Shown piece after piece: positions 1 to 13,201 of a stretch of DNA of 64,000 nt; positions within the stretch are counted from its first letter, which is position 1; each line of letters begins with the position of its first letter. A program made the position numbers and the translations under genes. This stretch comes from Octopus sinensis (lineage: Eukaryota). Under the pieces are notes generated by a model, which was not told the DNA's origin, ran no database searches, and saw nothing but the letters and a program-made list of their open reading frames with translations. Location of the stretch: positions 66,910,464-66,974,463 of the forward strand of contig NC_043011.1 of NCBI RefSeq assembly GCF_006345805.1. The letters run 5' to 3'.

Positions 1-129
1 TGAACGTTGAGAAGAAGTCGTAAAAAACATGGGTGAATACATTATTGATTAATTAGTTTTTATTTTTTACTAAACTTTTTTAAAAATTCAAATTAAAAAA
101 ACGGCTGGAACTTACTTGCTAACCTAATA
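1..129 (+). mobile_element. 3' end of a mariner (Tc1/mariner) element: transposase C-terminus plus right TIR
   Basis: Nt 2-52 read ER*EEVVKNMGEYIID*, matching the mariner C-terminal ERWxKVVxxxGEYIID. Followed by a TIR-like end ...ggaacttacttgctaacctaa and TA at 128-129. Confidence 0.75.
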
Positions 130-205
130 GTATGAGGAAATTTCAGATATTAAAACCTGTTTTAAATCACTGCGTTGATGCGGAAGTTTTTGGAGACATG
201 ATGTT

Positions 206-420
206 TTGAAGAGGGTAAAAGAAGCAATTTTAGACCAGATGGAAATGAAAAAGCTTCAAGAGGAATTAGAATTGAAAAGATTTGAAAAAGAAATTGAGCA
301 AAAAGTGTTAGAATGTTCTGTCGCTCCATCACACCCTTCCTCTTTCGATTATTCAAGACATGCCAGAATCCATCCCCCTTTCAATGAGAAAAGAGGTTGA
401 CATGTATTTCGAACAGGGGC
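206..420 (+). mobile_element. Gypsy LTR-retrotransposon gag fragment
   Basis: ORF 206-400 has an E/K-rich coil then FDYSRHARIHPPFNEK. A 1-nt shift continues EVDMYFEQ, together resembling the Gypsy gag motif FDVSKHIRLVPPFNEKEVDKYF. Confidence 0.6.
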
Positions 421-707
421 TGTTTCTTCTGGATGCAGTAACCGTAACAATATATGTCTGTGTGTGCGCGCGCTCTGTGTGTATGCACTCATATGAGTAA
501 ACCACTAATATCCCGTTCAAGAGCGTGAGAGAATTGATAGCGGCAATATCATTAAAAACAAAATATCGTCAATATTTAATTTTACATTGAGTTGTTATAA
601 TATATTAGTCAAAGGACATATACTCTCTCATCATTTTAGATATATCTAAAAGAGCTAGCATTTTGATAACGACAAACGATTTATAAAAGCAGATATAACA
701 ATAAGTT

Positions 708-712
708 CATAC

Positions 713-786
<74 letters not shown>
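708..786. repeat. (TA)n microsatellite, representative of many similar tracts
   Basis: Direct reading. Other long TA/TG/TATG tracts at about 2853-2898, 6243-6388, 11194-11227, 13110-13198, 21040-21095, 21748-21795, 24077-24160, 26897-27000, 27805-27912, 29393-29462, 33905-33990, 37905-37945, 40105-40180, 40478-40580 (with AAT), 44348-44460, 51925-52016, 54140-54610, 55665-55820, 58045-58150, 59430-59500, 61162-61265, 61688-61765, 62068-62185. Confidence 0.95.
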
Positions 787-788
<2 letters not shown>

Positions 789-1339
789 GCAGTGCTCGAA
801 TGTACTGTTGAGAGGTGTTACAAATGAACAAGGGCAGGGCCGTCGTGCTAGTCCATCGCAATCCCGTGAAAATACCCTGACACCTACAAAATGTAAAGTT
901 TGGCTTCATAATGTGAATTTTGCGTGTTCAAGGAATGCGATCGTCGAATGTTTTGGAGATTTTACAGACAAGAAAGTAAATTTCAAAATGCAGTATGGCC
1001 GTGAAAGCAGAAATAAGATTGTTCATTTTATGATTATAAAAATGAAGTTTGTCAGCGGACAGCTACGGATGTCAAACACCTGACCCTCAGACACCGGCTG
1101 TATCCCTGCCATTAAGCTAGACGGCCTGTTGCCCATAATGACCAACAAATTTTTGGAATGAGACAACATTTTATAGACGATCTTTTTTTTATTAGCGTCG
1201 AATGTGTTTGGTATTTTACAGTCAGGAAAGCAAATTTTATAAGTTGTATAGCTGTGAAAACATCAGGAAATTTCGTCTCCTGTATCCCTCTGCTGACAAC
1301 ATTTTTTAGTCTTTTAAGTTTCAAATATACAATCTTTCT

Positions 1340-1955
1340 GTTATTCAGATGCCTGGAATGCGTTCAAAATTTACTTTCTCTTGTCAGCAAAATATCGAAG
1401 TGAAAATTGTTGATCCCAAGAATATTCTACTGCCACCTCTCCAAATAAAAAAAGGTCTTCAAATCGAAAATGAAAATTGTGCGTGGTCCCTGAAGAAGTA
1501 CGTGGCACTCTCAAGTACATGAATCCAAAGTTTCTATGTATGGCAGAAGGCAAGCTAAACGTAGGTAACTTTTTTGGCTGTCATTTTCGAGAATTCATGA
1601 AGGAACTCATTTTGAGGTAACACAAGTCAGTGTCGAGTTAAATGATTGGTTCTCCCTTCAAACAGATTTCCGAAACTTACTTGGGAATTACCCGCTTCAC
1701 AGGATATGAAAAATTTTATTCAAGACCTGATTTCCAGTTGCCAACAACTTCGGTCTGCAATGAGTGTAAAAACGGACTTTTTGGAATCACATATTGAGTA
1801 TTTGCCAAGAATTGTGGCAACTACAGTGAGGAAAAAAGAGAGAAATACTATTAGGATATATGCATCATGAAATCTCGATAATATGGCAAATAGAAACAGG
1901 ATAACAGAGCAAATGGAAAGTCAGTTTGATTACTGTTGGTCATTCAAATGTAATG
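1340..1955 (+). mobile_element. Degenerate Chapaev3-like (CMC superfamily) transposase relic
   Basis: Ordered motifs across frameshifts: IVDPKNILLPPLQIKKGL (from 1406), KLNVGNFFGCHFREFMK, MSVKTDFLESHIEYLP, NCGNYSEE, DYCWS (from 1928). These match my recalled consensus LVDPxKILLPPLHIKLGL...MSLKxHFLHSHLDFFP.NxGxxSDE...DYCW. Confidence 0.6.
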
Positions 1956-2652
1956 GTCCACATGCACAGCAGAAGCGGAATACAAAGTGATCTTCTTCGT
2001 TTCGATCAATATAAGGGCTGACACTTAGAAGCATATTCTCTTGACATTCATTTGTGTTTGATATCTTCCTAACACTAACACAATATCTTCCCTTCATTGC
2101 TTGATTCATTTCAATAAAGTAACAATCTATTAAAAAATCACATCTTTTTATTATAACTAATTTTTATTTTATTGAAAATTTGTACGTGATAATGCATTAT
2201 AGTTTACATATTTGGGACCAGCAACCCGACAATATGTAAGATCACATCCATGAATAGATTTAAAATCTTATTTGTTACACGTTACATGATCGTAAGTGCA
2301 TTAACTTAAACGTATCCACGAAAACTGTAACTGAAATACTAAGTCTCTGGCAGAAAGCATGAATTCTGACATCATCTTGGTTACTCATAACCTCTAAATC
2401 TATCTCATGTGTTGTGAATTTCTCTGAGGATATAGAAGAACGAACTATACATTACAATCTGTGATTTCTCTTCCTACATTTACCCTTTAATATTTTTTTT
2501 TTACACAGACCATTTATATTCGTTAAGTATAGGCTTGACGCTTATGAAATAATTTCCCGTGTTTTTGCTGTTATATGCATGCCACTTGACAGTAAATGAG
2601 CCATGTATCAGATGTCATCCTTCATCATATTTCTGATAGCTGACTCCGATAT

Positions 2653-2853
2653 ACTCTTTTGCTCTTTTACTTGTTTCAGTCACTTGACTGCGGCCATGCT
2701 AGAGCACCGCCTTTAGTCGAGCAAATCGACCACAGGACATATTCTTTGGAAGCCTAGTAATTATTATATCCGTCTCTTTTTTCCAAACAACTAGATAACA
2801 GAGAAGTAAACACACCAACATCGGTTGTCAAGCGATGTTGGTGGGACAAGTAC

Positions 2854-2899
<46 letters not shown>

Positions 2900-3031
2900 G
2901 GCGGGCTTCATTCAGTATCCGTCTACCAAATCTACTCACAAGGCTTTCGTCAGCCCCAGGCTATAGTACTGAACCCAGAACCATGTGGTTTGTAAGCAAG
3001 CTACTTACCACGCAGCCACTGCTGCACCTAC
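2653..3031 (-). mobile_element. tRNA-derived octopus-type SINE
   Basis: Minus strand has a tRNA-like head, an internal microsatellite and a GAGTAAAA-like 3' tail. Near-identical family copies occur at 5168, 26715, 28553 and 55299. Confidence 0.85.
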
Positions 3032-4116
3032 GATGAACTTTAGCGATTAACGTCATTTATTTCACTGGATAATCGTCGATAATGTTTTGAACAGGCTGTA
3101 TAAATTATGGTGTCCTTACGAATTCTGTTTTATACAGTGGAAACCTTTCACCCATAGTCTACCATATCCGAACACGCTGCTAATTCTTATAGCCAGAAAG
3201 CTGGGTCGCTGAAAGCGAAGCAATGATCACCCACTACATTTCTGTAGAACATTTTTACTAGAACATTTTTCTAGAATGTGGAGAAAGGGTATTGCATACA
3301 TACCAGTACTGATTTTTTGTAATATTGGGATTTAATTTTTACGGCTCTTCAAATTTATACACGTACATACTTGCAGTAGCATAATAAATACTTATGAATG
3401 TGTAATAAAGTTACAACAGCTGTTTAGAATTCTGGCTCGATCCTAACCTGTATATGGAGAAAAAAGTTTGCTTATTCACAATTTTAGATCGGATATCATT
3501 TAAAATGAATTCGGTAAGCAATGTTAGTGCTAGTACTTTCTTTAGTGTTTAAATGACCTTCTTTTCTAGGATGATATGAACATGAAATATATTAGTAAGG
3601 ACTACAAATAATTTGAAAACCTTTCCTTCCGAAATCTCTCTATTAATAATCAGTATTATCACTGAACATTTCTTCAATAGCTCTTTAATTCGCAACAGCT
3701 ACCTAAAGCCATCAAAATTATATATTAAAAATGTGCATGTTGTTAAAATTACTTTGAAAGGAATAACGCATGCGTATCTGTATTATGAAACTAGCACCTC
3801 ATTCTCATAAAAGTAATTCCTGTGCATGCAGTAAGTTGTGTGCTACGTATAACATAAGTTAAAATACCATTGCAAGTACACGGGTACTTGATGCAATTTT
3901 CTGCAACTGCCCTTACATCGGGACCAACTTTTAACGTTCTCTTATAGAATTCACATTGCAACAAACATGCAATATGTATTACATGTCTAATGCATGCCAT
4001 TTACTGTGGACACTTCTATTTCAATTAATACCTTATAATATGACCTTAATAGGGCACCTGTTTTGATATATTCATTTGCTTTCTTGTAATTAAATATTAG
4101 AATAATTACACCGTAA

Positions 4117-4674
4117 TACTGTGTTGTCCAGAAAGTCCGTGCTGATTTTTAAAGGAAAGAAAAAGGTCAATAAATACCTGCCATTACATTTTCAATCTAC
4201 CAAATATGAACCATTTTGTTGCAAAATGCGTCTCCATCTTTCCTTTAACTTGAAAATACCCTCTTCCCAGAATTGGGGTGGTTTCATGGCAAAAAATTCA
4301 CCAGGGTATATTTTCCAAGGAATTGAAATATTTACCATTAAGACAATTCGGCAGAGACATGAATAAGTGGAAATCCGAAGGAACAATATCTGGTGAGCAT
4401 GGAGGCTGGGGTATGTCATCCCAGCCGAGCTGCAGCAATTTTTGTCTGGTTCCTAAAGCATCAAATGCCGAAAATGCACTTTCTTATCTTCTATTTTAAA
4501 GGGTTACAGAATTAACACAGGTTATAGGAACATAAACATTCTTCCACGAATAGCTTAAATTTTGTTCTAAATGGAGCTGCAGTCAAATCCTATTTTATGG
4601 ACACAACCATGTTCTAAAATAAGTCGAAAGGTAAGCTACTATAAATCGTCACAAACTTTCCGGACAACCCAATA
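4117..4674 (-). mobile_element. Internally deleted mariner element with both TIRs
   Basis: TIRs TActgtgttgtccagaaagtccgtg (4117) and cacaaactttccggacaacccaaTA (ending 4674). Minus strand encodes PPCSPDIVPSDFHLF and FWEEGIFKLKERWRRILQQNGSYLVD*. Confidence 0.85.
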
Positions 4675-5167
4675 CTATTGGAAAAGAATATTTTTCTTTT
4701 CCAGATATTTGGCATTATGGTTTATACTCATGATATTATTAGTGTAACCATGTCGAAAAGGTTTACAAACTATTTCACTGATAACAAAATGACAACAGCC
4801 TTTATTACAGAAATGTTTCAACAGAATTATTTTCAATAAAAACAAACGGATCTTTCAAAGTAATTTAGTTATAGTAATATATTGTACATTCAGCGGCAGT
4901 AGAAATGTTTTGCTTATTCCACCAGAGTTTGCCTGAAATAAATATCGAAGTATTGTGAAAACTTACTTTTAAAATGAAAGAATACATTTTCAGACATGTA
5001 CGCATGTGAAATTCTAACGACCTTAACTAAAGATAGATGCTAGAATACTCTGATCGATTAAAACACTTACAAATAAGAAACAAGGGTTTGTGAGAGATTA
5101 TTTAAAATTATAGCAACCATGACTCTTCGTTACATTTATGTTAATGTGGTAAGTTCTAAACCACGTT

Positions 5168-5601
5168 CTTTACTATTCTTTTGCACGTTTCAGTCAGTTG
5201 CCTGTGGCCATATTGGAGCACCGCCTTTAGTCGAGCAAATCTACCCCAGGACTTACACTTTGTAAGCCTAGTACTTATTATATCAATTTCTTTTGCCGAA
5301 CCGCTAAGTTACAGGAACGTAAACACACCAGCATCGGATGTTAAGCGACGTTGGGGGAACAAACAGAGACACACAAACATACAGACACACGCACACTCAC
5401 ACACACACAAACATATATATATATATACATATACACGATGGGCTTCATTCAGTTTCCGTCTACCAAATCCACTCACAAGGCTTTGCTCGGCCTGAGGCTA
5501 TAGTCGAAGACACTTTTGCCCAAGGTTACACGCAGTGGGATTGAACCCAGAATCATGTGGTAGATAAAGAAGCTACTTACCACACAGCCACTCCTACGCC
5601 T
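5168..5601 (-). mobile_element. tRNA-derived octopus-type SINE
   Basis: Same family as 2653-3031, with head and body both present. Confidence 0.85.
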
Positions 5602-6254
5602 GAATAAAATATCTAAATAAAATGTCTTTCCTTCCTTGCACGATTATTCCGTCCCTAATGACTTTAGGAAAATATTCGTAATATTCGTAATATGGAACAA
5701 TCTATTTAAATCGTTACTTTGACAAGCACTGCTTTTATTTTAACAAATATAATTAAAGTAATGCAAGCTTCGTACCAAAATCATGCTATTAAATTTATAT
5801 CTGCTATTGAATTTATACCATTTTAAACAATATCGTTTTTTTTCATCAGAAGCATTTCTCAAAATTCTTGTATTTACTGCAATGTAAAATACGAATCTAA
5901 ATTATATATTCAAGTATTGTTTTATGGTTTATATTTTAACATCAACTCTATTCTGGGCTCACATTCACCTTTGACATGACTCCGAACAGTCGGAAGAATA
6001 AGGAAGGAAAAGTAAATACATTGTTATCAAATATCAAAATCACTTCTCCTGTACATAGTTCTATAAAATAAACATAAGCGTTAACTTCACTGTCAATTAT
6101 AAAATTATCAAGATGTTAAGCCTATAGAATAATTAAAGCAAATTCTATTCAAAGTAGCTAAAAATGAATATTTATCTATTCATATTCCCTTGAATGTATC
6201 TTAACACAGTTTGTACTGACATTTCTATAATTAGTTAATAGATATATAAATATT

Positions 6255-6295
<41 letters not shown>

Positions 6296-6312
6296 ATGTG
6301 TGTGTGTGTATG

Positions 6313-6391
<79 letters not shown>

Positions 6392-6926
6392 GAATGTATG
6401 CATGTGAGTATGTATGACGAGTTTGAATGAGAGAGAATAGGATGAAACAGAATAGATATATTACTATTCGGGCATTCGTCGTGAGAAGACGTACTTTTCA
6501 TAGCTCCGCTCAAGTCAGTAGCCAAAGAAGCATATTTCAACTCAAGCCAGCATAAACTCTTCTTGTTTCTAGTCCCAGAACCTTTGAATTCTACAATTCT
6601 ACAATCCTACTATTCTACTCTTTTACTACCATCGGAGGATAAATTTATACAAATCTATATACAACCTGGAGAAAGAAATATAAACCAAAACTAAACCCAA
6701 GACTAGTTCTAAAACTAGTCCCGTGAGTACAATTATTTTCTCTTGATCTGTATTAAACACACCGCTCATCCTGATTTGTACTAAATACATTGAACTCTCC
6801 CACACACACTCAGATATAGCCACGCATTTCCATGTATATCGACACAAACTTTTCAACGGTGTATTCACTATTATACATCAAGCCATCAATAACTGACGTA
6901 CAGTGTATAATACTGTCCCACTGAAT

Positions 6927-8120
6927 ATGGCCAATAATATTCAAACACGCCCCTGGGTTGAAAATGAAATCACTGCACTGATAAACGCTTGGTACACTCA
7001 CCACAACGAAGCTAATGTTTACAGTAAAATAGCTGAAAAATTAGCAAAATAATCCTTTCACAGATATGTAAAACACATCGAAAACAAAATAAAAGAGATC
7101 GTAAGAACATTTCCTATTTTCCACACACATATGGCAACACTAGAAGCCAGCCTTGACAATGAATGTAGTGCACCAAATGACCCAACTCCAACAGGTCAGG
7201 GGTCACTTCAACGACCCGATAGCCAGCAACAAACAATATCTGACCTAATTCCTCCCAACACTACCTTGGCAAGCCAGGACTCACTATCGCAACAACAACA
7301 GCCTGCTTCTGCTACTACATTGGAAGCACCTTGTTTGGCACCAGTATCTGACCCGATTCCACCCAGCCCTACTGTTGCACGTCAAGTTTCCCTGCTGCTA
7401 CAGCAACAACAACAACAACAACAACACTCTGCTACTGCCACTACAATAGGATCACTGACCAACGTGCCTGCCAGAATAGAAAAATCACTTCTACACCCAC
7501 GTCAAACACCCTGCCATAACCATTCTCAAGGCAACTGTAGATTCGGCCCCAGCGGCCCCAACAACAAGGGACGCTGTGCTTTCTTCCATCCTACCTTATG
7601 TCGTAGACTTGTCAAGGGCACTTGTCCATATGGTATAACGGGAAAAAACTGCCCTCACCTTCACCCCAAATACTGTCCTAAATACAGAGTTCATGGTCCT
7701 GATCCCAAATATGGATGCACAAAACGCAATGGATGCACGTTCTTCCCTCCTAAACTGTGCCAAACTTCTCTGTCACTAAGGATGTACCTGAACCCATAAT
7801 GCAACCACCACCATCTGAAGGGCACAAAACAATCGTAAAATAAATATAAACAGCAACAGAGGAGATCTACGACAACAACAAAAACAAAATACAACCACGT
7901 TTCCCCTCCTACAATCCAACAGCGTAGACAGAACCATGAAAAAACACCAAATAACGCCAACATGAAATATGTATCCTCTGACCAAGTGGCAAACCAAACA
8001 AGTAACACTTTTTTACTGACTTAACTAGAAAATATGAAGGCCGACCTAAGCCAGGAGATCCAACGAGCTATTAGCAACCACCTATGCAAATCACAAGGAC
8101 CACACACCTACTACTAACAA
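6927..8120 (+). pseudogene. LINE ORF1: Myb/SANT-like domain, Q/P/T-rich linker, four CCCH-like fingers, C-terminal coil (disrupted by stops)
   Basis: ATG 6927 is in frame with ORF 7131-7799 (204 nt apart) with a single TAA at 7050-7052. N-term RPWVENEITALINAW...NVYSKIAEKLAK*SFHR...IENKIKEI. Fingers start CHNHSQGNC, CRRLVKGTC, CPKYRVHG and CQTSLSLR...CNHHHLKGT. Confidence 0.75.
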
Positions 8121-8161
8121 GAAACTCATAGACACACAGCTCCATACAAGAACTACCCACA

Positions 8162-11126
8162 ATGTTACCACTGAACAACATAAAACATAACTTAGAACAA
8201 TGCAAACATCAAACTTCCCTTACCTCGACATTCCTGTTAAATGTACGTGGCATTAACCCATCAATTATTGCCAAAAAATGGAAGATCCCATATATAGAGA
8301 GTTGGCTTGCCGAAACGGCACATTGCTTCCCTTTCTTTATCTTTACTGAGACTCACCTGAACAACACCCATATGGATGCCGAGGTGAAAATAAAAGATTT
8401 CACCATTGTTCATGTGGATCGCACAGACTGAAATAAGGGAGGGACAGCCATCTTTATCCATGACTCCTTTTCACTTGATGCCAAGGACATATTTTCCAAT
8501 GGCTATTGTGAATCTGTATCACTATTCAGCAAGGCCAAGGACATAATAATAGGTGGTCTTTACAGGCCTCTCCAACACCTCTAAAGAGCTTTGAAGAGTG
8601 CCTTAGCAAAATCAAGTCCTTCCTTCGGAAGTACAACTCTGGAAACATACTAGTGATGGGTGAATTTAACCTCCCTCATGTGAACTGGCCCACAAATACT
8701 CTGAAGTTAGGCAAATTCTCTACATCAGATAGGGCAGCAGCAGAACTGCTTTTAATCTAATGGATGAATATTTCCTGACTCAGCTAGTGCTCGAACAAAC
8801 GAGACAGAATAAAACGATCTTGGATTTGGTATTGACCAATCACTCTAGCTTCGTTGACAGTATTTCAGTTGAAAAAACTCTCCTCTCAGACCACGACATG
8901 GTACTCTGCAATTTTAATTCGCGACATATAAAAACCAAACCAGCCAATCCTACTCCATGGCACTCATTTGACAACATAAACCTCCACAAAGCGGACTGGG
9001 GAGCAATCAGAAAGGATCTGTCTTTCATCGACTGGTCTTTTACTCTCAATTCCACCCATATTGAGACCGCATGGCAGCACTTTGAGAACATTGTCACCTA
9101 GACATGCTCTAAACACGCTCCCACGAAATCTACTAACACAAACAGAAACCGGCTCCCTAAAAAGAAAGAAACACTCATCAGGCGCATCAAAAGACTAAAA
9201 AAAAAATCAACCAATTAAAATATTCCCACATACAACATCCACATTCAACAACAATTCAAAGGCTAGAGCTGGAAAAACGTCATCTGCAGACCGACATGAA
9301 AATCTCCATTGAAAATCAAAGAACTGTGGAGGAACAGTGGGTAACCAAAAACATCAAACAGAACCCAAAAGTGTTCTATTCTTATGCAAATAAGCATAGA
9401 ACCACTCTCTCACCCATTGGGCCCTTGATTGATGATAACGGCTTTCCCCAACACGATGCTAAAGAAATGGCAGAAACACTGTAGAAACAATACTGCTCTG
9501 TCTTTAGTGTTCCCACTGATATTGACGTAAGAGAAGCGAACGAAGTTGACTCCCAACATAAAATCTCAGACATAACCTTGACTGCCACTGACATCATAGT
9601 AGCAATAAATGAGGTCAAATACTACTCTGCTGTAGGCCCTGACAGATTCCCCGCTAGTCTCCTGAAGGAAGGTAGACACCAACTTGGAGTCCCTCTGACC
9701 AACCTCTGGAAAAATTCGTTAGACGCAGGATATATACCGAAACAGTTTCTATCCCTCGCACTCAACTATCGCCCAATCTCACTCACCTCCCACATCATTA
9801 AAGTGTTTGAAAGAGTGTTAAGATCAAGGATAGCTGACTTCCTGGAGACCCACAAACTCCTAAATGCAAATCAGCATGGCTTTCACAGTGGCAGCGTATG
9901 TCTAATACAGCTCTTACACCACATTGAAGATATACTCAAAGCCTTGGGAACAGGTTCGAACTCTGATGTCATATATCTTGACTTCAGTAAAGCGTTCGAC
10001 AGGGTAGACCATAATATCCTACTCTCAAAATTGGCAAATGTTGGAATCCGTGGAAAAGTTCTACACTGGATTAAGTATTTCCTGGCAAATAGAACACATG
10101 TTGTAGTTGAGTTCACTCAAGCCCAGCAAAAGTCACCAGCGGTGTCCCCCAGGGGACTGTCTTGGTCCCGCCACTCTTCATAATTTACATAAATGACCTT
10201 TCCAGTGTCGTACATCACTGCAAAGGGAAAATATTGAAGAAGTAGACCGAACTCAACTCCAGTCTGATCTATATGCTGTGAGTCAATGGAAAGACAGAAA
10301 TAAAATGCAACTGAACGAGAGAAAATTTGAGCTGATGAATTTTGGAAGAAATTCCTCACTAAAACAGCCATACTCTCTTCCTTCAGGGGAACCGCTCACA
10401 GCCTCTAACAATATCAGAGACTTGGGTGTAATTTTTTATGACGATCTCAGTTGGAGTGCACACATCAATAATAAGGTCGATATAGCTCGTAGGATGAGTT
10501 CCTGGATCTTAAGAACTTTCCGGTCCAGAGAACAAGGTGGCATCATACCACTTTTTTCCTCCTTTGTACGGCCACACCTCGAATACTGCTGCCCACTGTG
10601 GTCTCCCCATACAAGACAAAACATCTCGAGGATTGAATCACCCCAGAGGGTACTCTCTAAACGAATTGAAGTCATGGCTGCTCTCGATTATTGGGACCGA
10701 CTTAAAGCCTTGAAACTCTACTTTGTCCAGCGTAACCGTGAGCGGTACATCATTTGTACGATGTGGAGAATATACCGCCAACTTTGCCCAAACGACCTGA
10801 ACATTAGCTTCAAGGTTCATCCAAGACTGGGACCTCGGGCCATACGTCCCCTGCCCAATTCAAGATCACAGCATACATGTACACTGCAACATAATGTCTT
10901 TTTCTCAACAGGCCCTGTCCTATTTAACATTGTCACGAAAGAGATCAAAGAGGAAGAGGATCCCATCAACTTTAAACGGAGTCTGGATGGATTCCTTCAA
11001 AGAATACCAGGTAAGCCACCCATAATTGGATACAACTCACCCAACAAAAACTCACTACTTGAATGGACCATAAACAAAACTTGTCTTAAACAGGGTTCAA
11101 ATAATCCTATCAGGTGGTGCTATTAA
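8162..11126 (+). pseudogene. LINE ORF2 (APE endonuclease + reverse transcriptase), multiply disrupted
   Basis: APE motifs NVRG, FTETHL, VDR..GGTAIFIH, LDLVLTN. RT motifs [47 protein letters not shown]. The FADD catalytic motif is absent (deletion near 10220). Confidence 0.9.
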
Positions 11127-11190
11127 GTTAGACATGGCCTGGAGCAATCTTTGGTCGAAACATATCTAAGTTTATCTAAATTTACTCCAT

Positions 11191-11232
<42 letters not shown>

Positions 11233-12413
11233 ATAGAAGCCATCTTATCATGGCTAACCACATAGGGGAGGGGTGTCACTGTAGCTTTATAGACCCAAGA
11301 GATCATCGTATCTAGCTGGCTTTAGACACCATATCAGTGCCCTTGAAGTATTTGCAAAGGGAGGCCATCCCTTCCTCGCAAGCCTGACGAGAAGCCTACT
11401 TACGAGAAATGAGAATCGAAATATCCATAAGACAGTTCATTGTGTAATTTCGAGATCAAATCTGCCTATTCTGACGCCGTCCAGGTGGCAATTTCTATTA
11501 CAATTGAATATAATGTAACATGTGTTGTAAGTGACAAAAAAAGCATTTTAAGTTGATCAATGACATGTTGTGTTTTTATTCTTATACATTCACCAATACG
11601 ACGGATGTATAAAATATGAGTTACAGAAAACCGCTATTTGGTCGTATCTGTACTTAATGAACGAACATCAATATTAGACATACAATGGGTTCAGCCGAAA
11701 TTGACGATTTTTATTTCTCCATTTTTTTAAGGAAAGTCCTTATGAATTTGTAACTATTGAACATCACCTTTAAGGTTATTGTTTTAATTGAGAAATGTTG
11801 GATGAGTTTCAGGAAGGGAAGCCAACTGAATATTGGATTCAAATTTTGTGACAAGGAAAGCATTTTCGGTTCGTCGGATAAACATTCCTTTATAATTATC
11901 CTACCACTTGACTTGTACATATTTTATCGATCCCTAAATGAGCAAATCCAAAGTTGATCGGAATGGAACAAATGCAAGTCAGTGGAATTTGAACAAAAAT
12001 ATCCACTCTCTTTTTATCTCCTTTTTTTTCTGTTTGTTTATTTATTTCTCTTTTTCTATCCTATTCTTTTGTCACCTTATGCATACTTTTCTTGCTCTAC
12101 AATTTGCCTTCATTCTGCTTGTCACCCACCTCAGAATACTTTTATCCATGTTCTGACAGTTACTATTTAATTTAGCTGACATTTTGATAGAACTACAAAC
12201 TTTTATCAGCGAATCCGTACCTAAAAGAACACAAAGAATAAACTTCGCTGAAGAGAGATAAAACTCTCTTGAAGTACTTTGGTGTAAAATGCATTTTACA
12301 TTACAAATTTTAACAAACATTTAATTTATTATATCTACTGAAAACACAAAATACTCCTTATTTCCCAGTACCTTAAATTCTCCCTGCAATTCTCTAATCA
12401 TTTACTACGCAAG

Positions 12414-12550
12414 CGGTTAAATCGAAGGAGACTGTCGATTACCCCCACCCCAGTTTTCAGCTGGTACTTATTTTAAGGAACCTAAAAGGATAAAAAGCAA
12501 AGACATCTTCGGTGTTATTTGAACTCAGATCCTACAGAAGGACGAAATGC
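12414..12550 (-). mobile_element. Second SINE family (Meta-domain-like), degenerate
   Basis: Reverse strand resembles gagttcaaat..gcctttcatcctttcggggtcgataaaataagtaccag. A similar copy lies at ~47350-47470 and a very decayed one at ~11885-11970. Confidence 0.5.
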
Positions 12551-13110
12551 CTTATGTTTCATGTGAAATAATCAAAGGAAACGACGTAAACAAGCTATCA
12601 GTTATTATTTGTATAAATTATTGATAATTCAACTATTCAGATATAATGAATTTTAAACATAAACGAGTGTATTCGAGATCAATGAGTATCAATAATGGCG
12701 TCTCGGATATCAATATTGGCGTATACCAATGAATAATAAAGCAACATTCATGAGACCAAGTTCTAATAAAACAATTTTGAATTGTGTAATACAGAGACTT
12801 GCTCACACCATATATTTGACAAGGATCAGAAAATATAAAGAAATAGAATCTTTGACAATGATAATAAAATGTTAACATTTTTTATCAGTGTCAGCGACTC
12901 GTTTACTGTATTTTGATATATCTCTGTTAACAAATGTTTTCCCCTACAAAGGCTACAGAAAGCCTTGCACTTTACTTTTGAAAATCTTTCTGTTAAAAAA
13001 AGGTGTCACTGGTCAATTCAATTAACATCTTTAAAAGACCTCTGCATTTTCAAACTCACTTCCTTGTATATTTTCATACATGCGGTACCTTCCAGTATTA
13101 TTTTGTAATT

Positions 13111-13198
<88 letters not shown>

Positions 13199-13201
<3 letters not shown>

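Larger units (their letters stand above)
6635..11180 (+). mobile_element. CR1-like LINE, probably full length but inactivated
   Basis: 5'UTR, ORF1, APE-RT ORF2, C-terminal DYWDRLKALKLY..RERY, and a short tctaag-like tail. Candidate TSD tttact(a)ccatcg at 6622-6634 and 11181-11192. Confidence 0.85.

Noticed and set aside
835-1128. Possible hAT MITE with cagggccgtc / gacggcctg ends
   Set aside because: TIRs are short and imperfect, and no 8-bp TSD is present.
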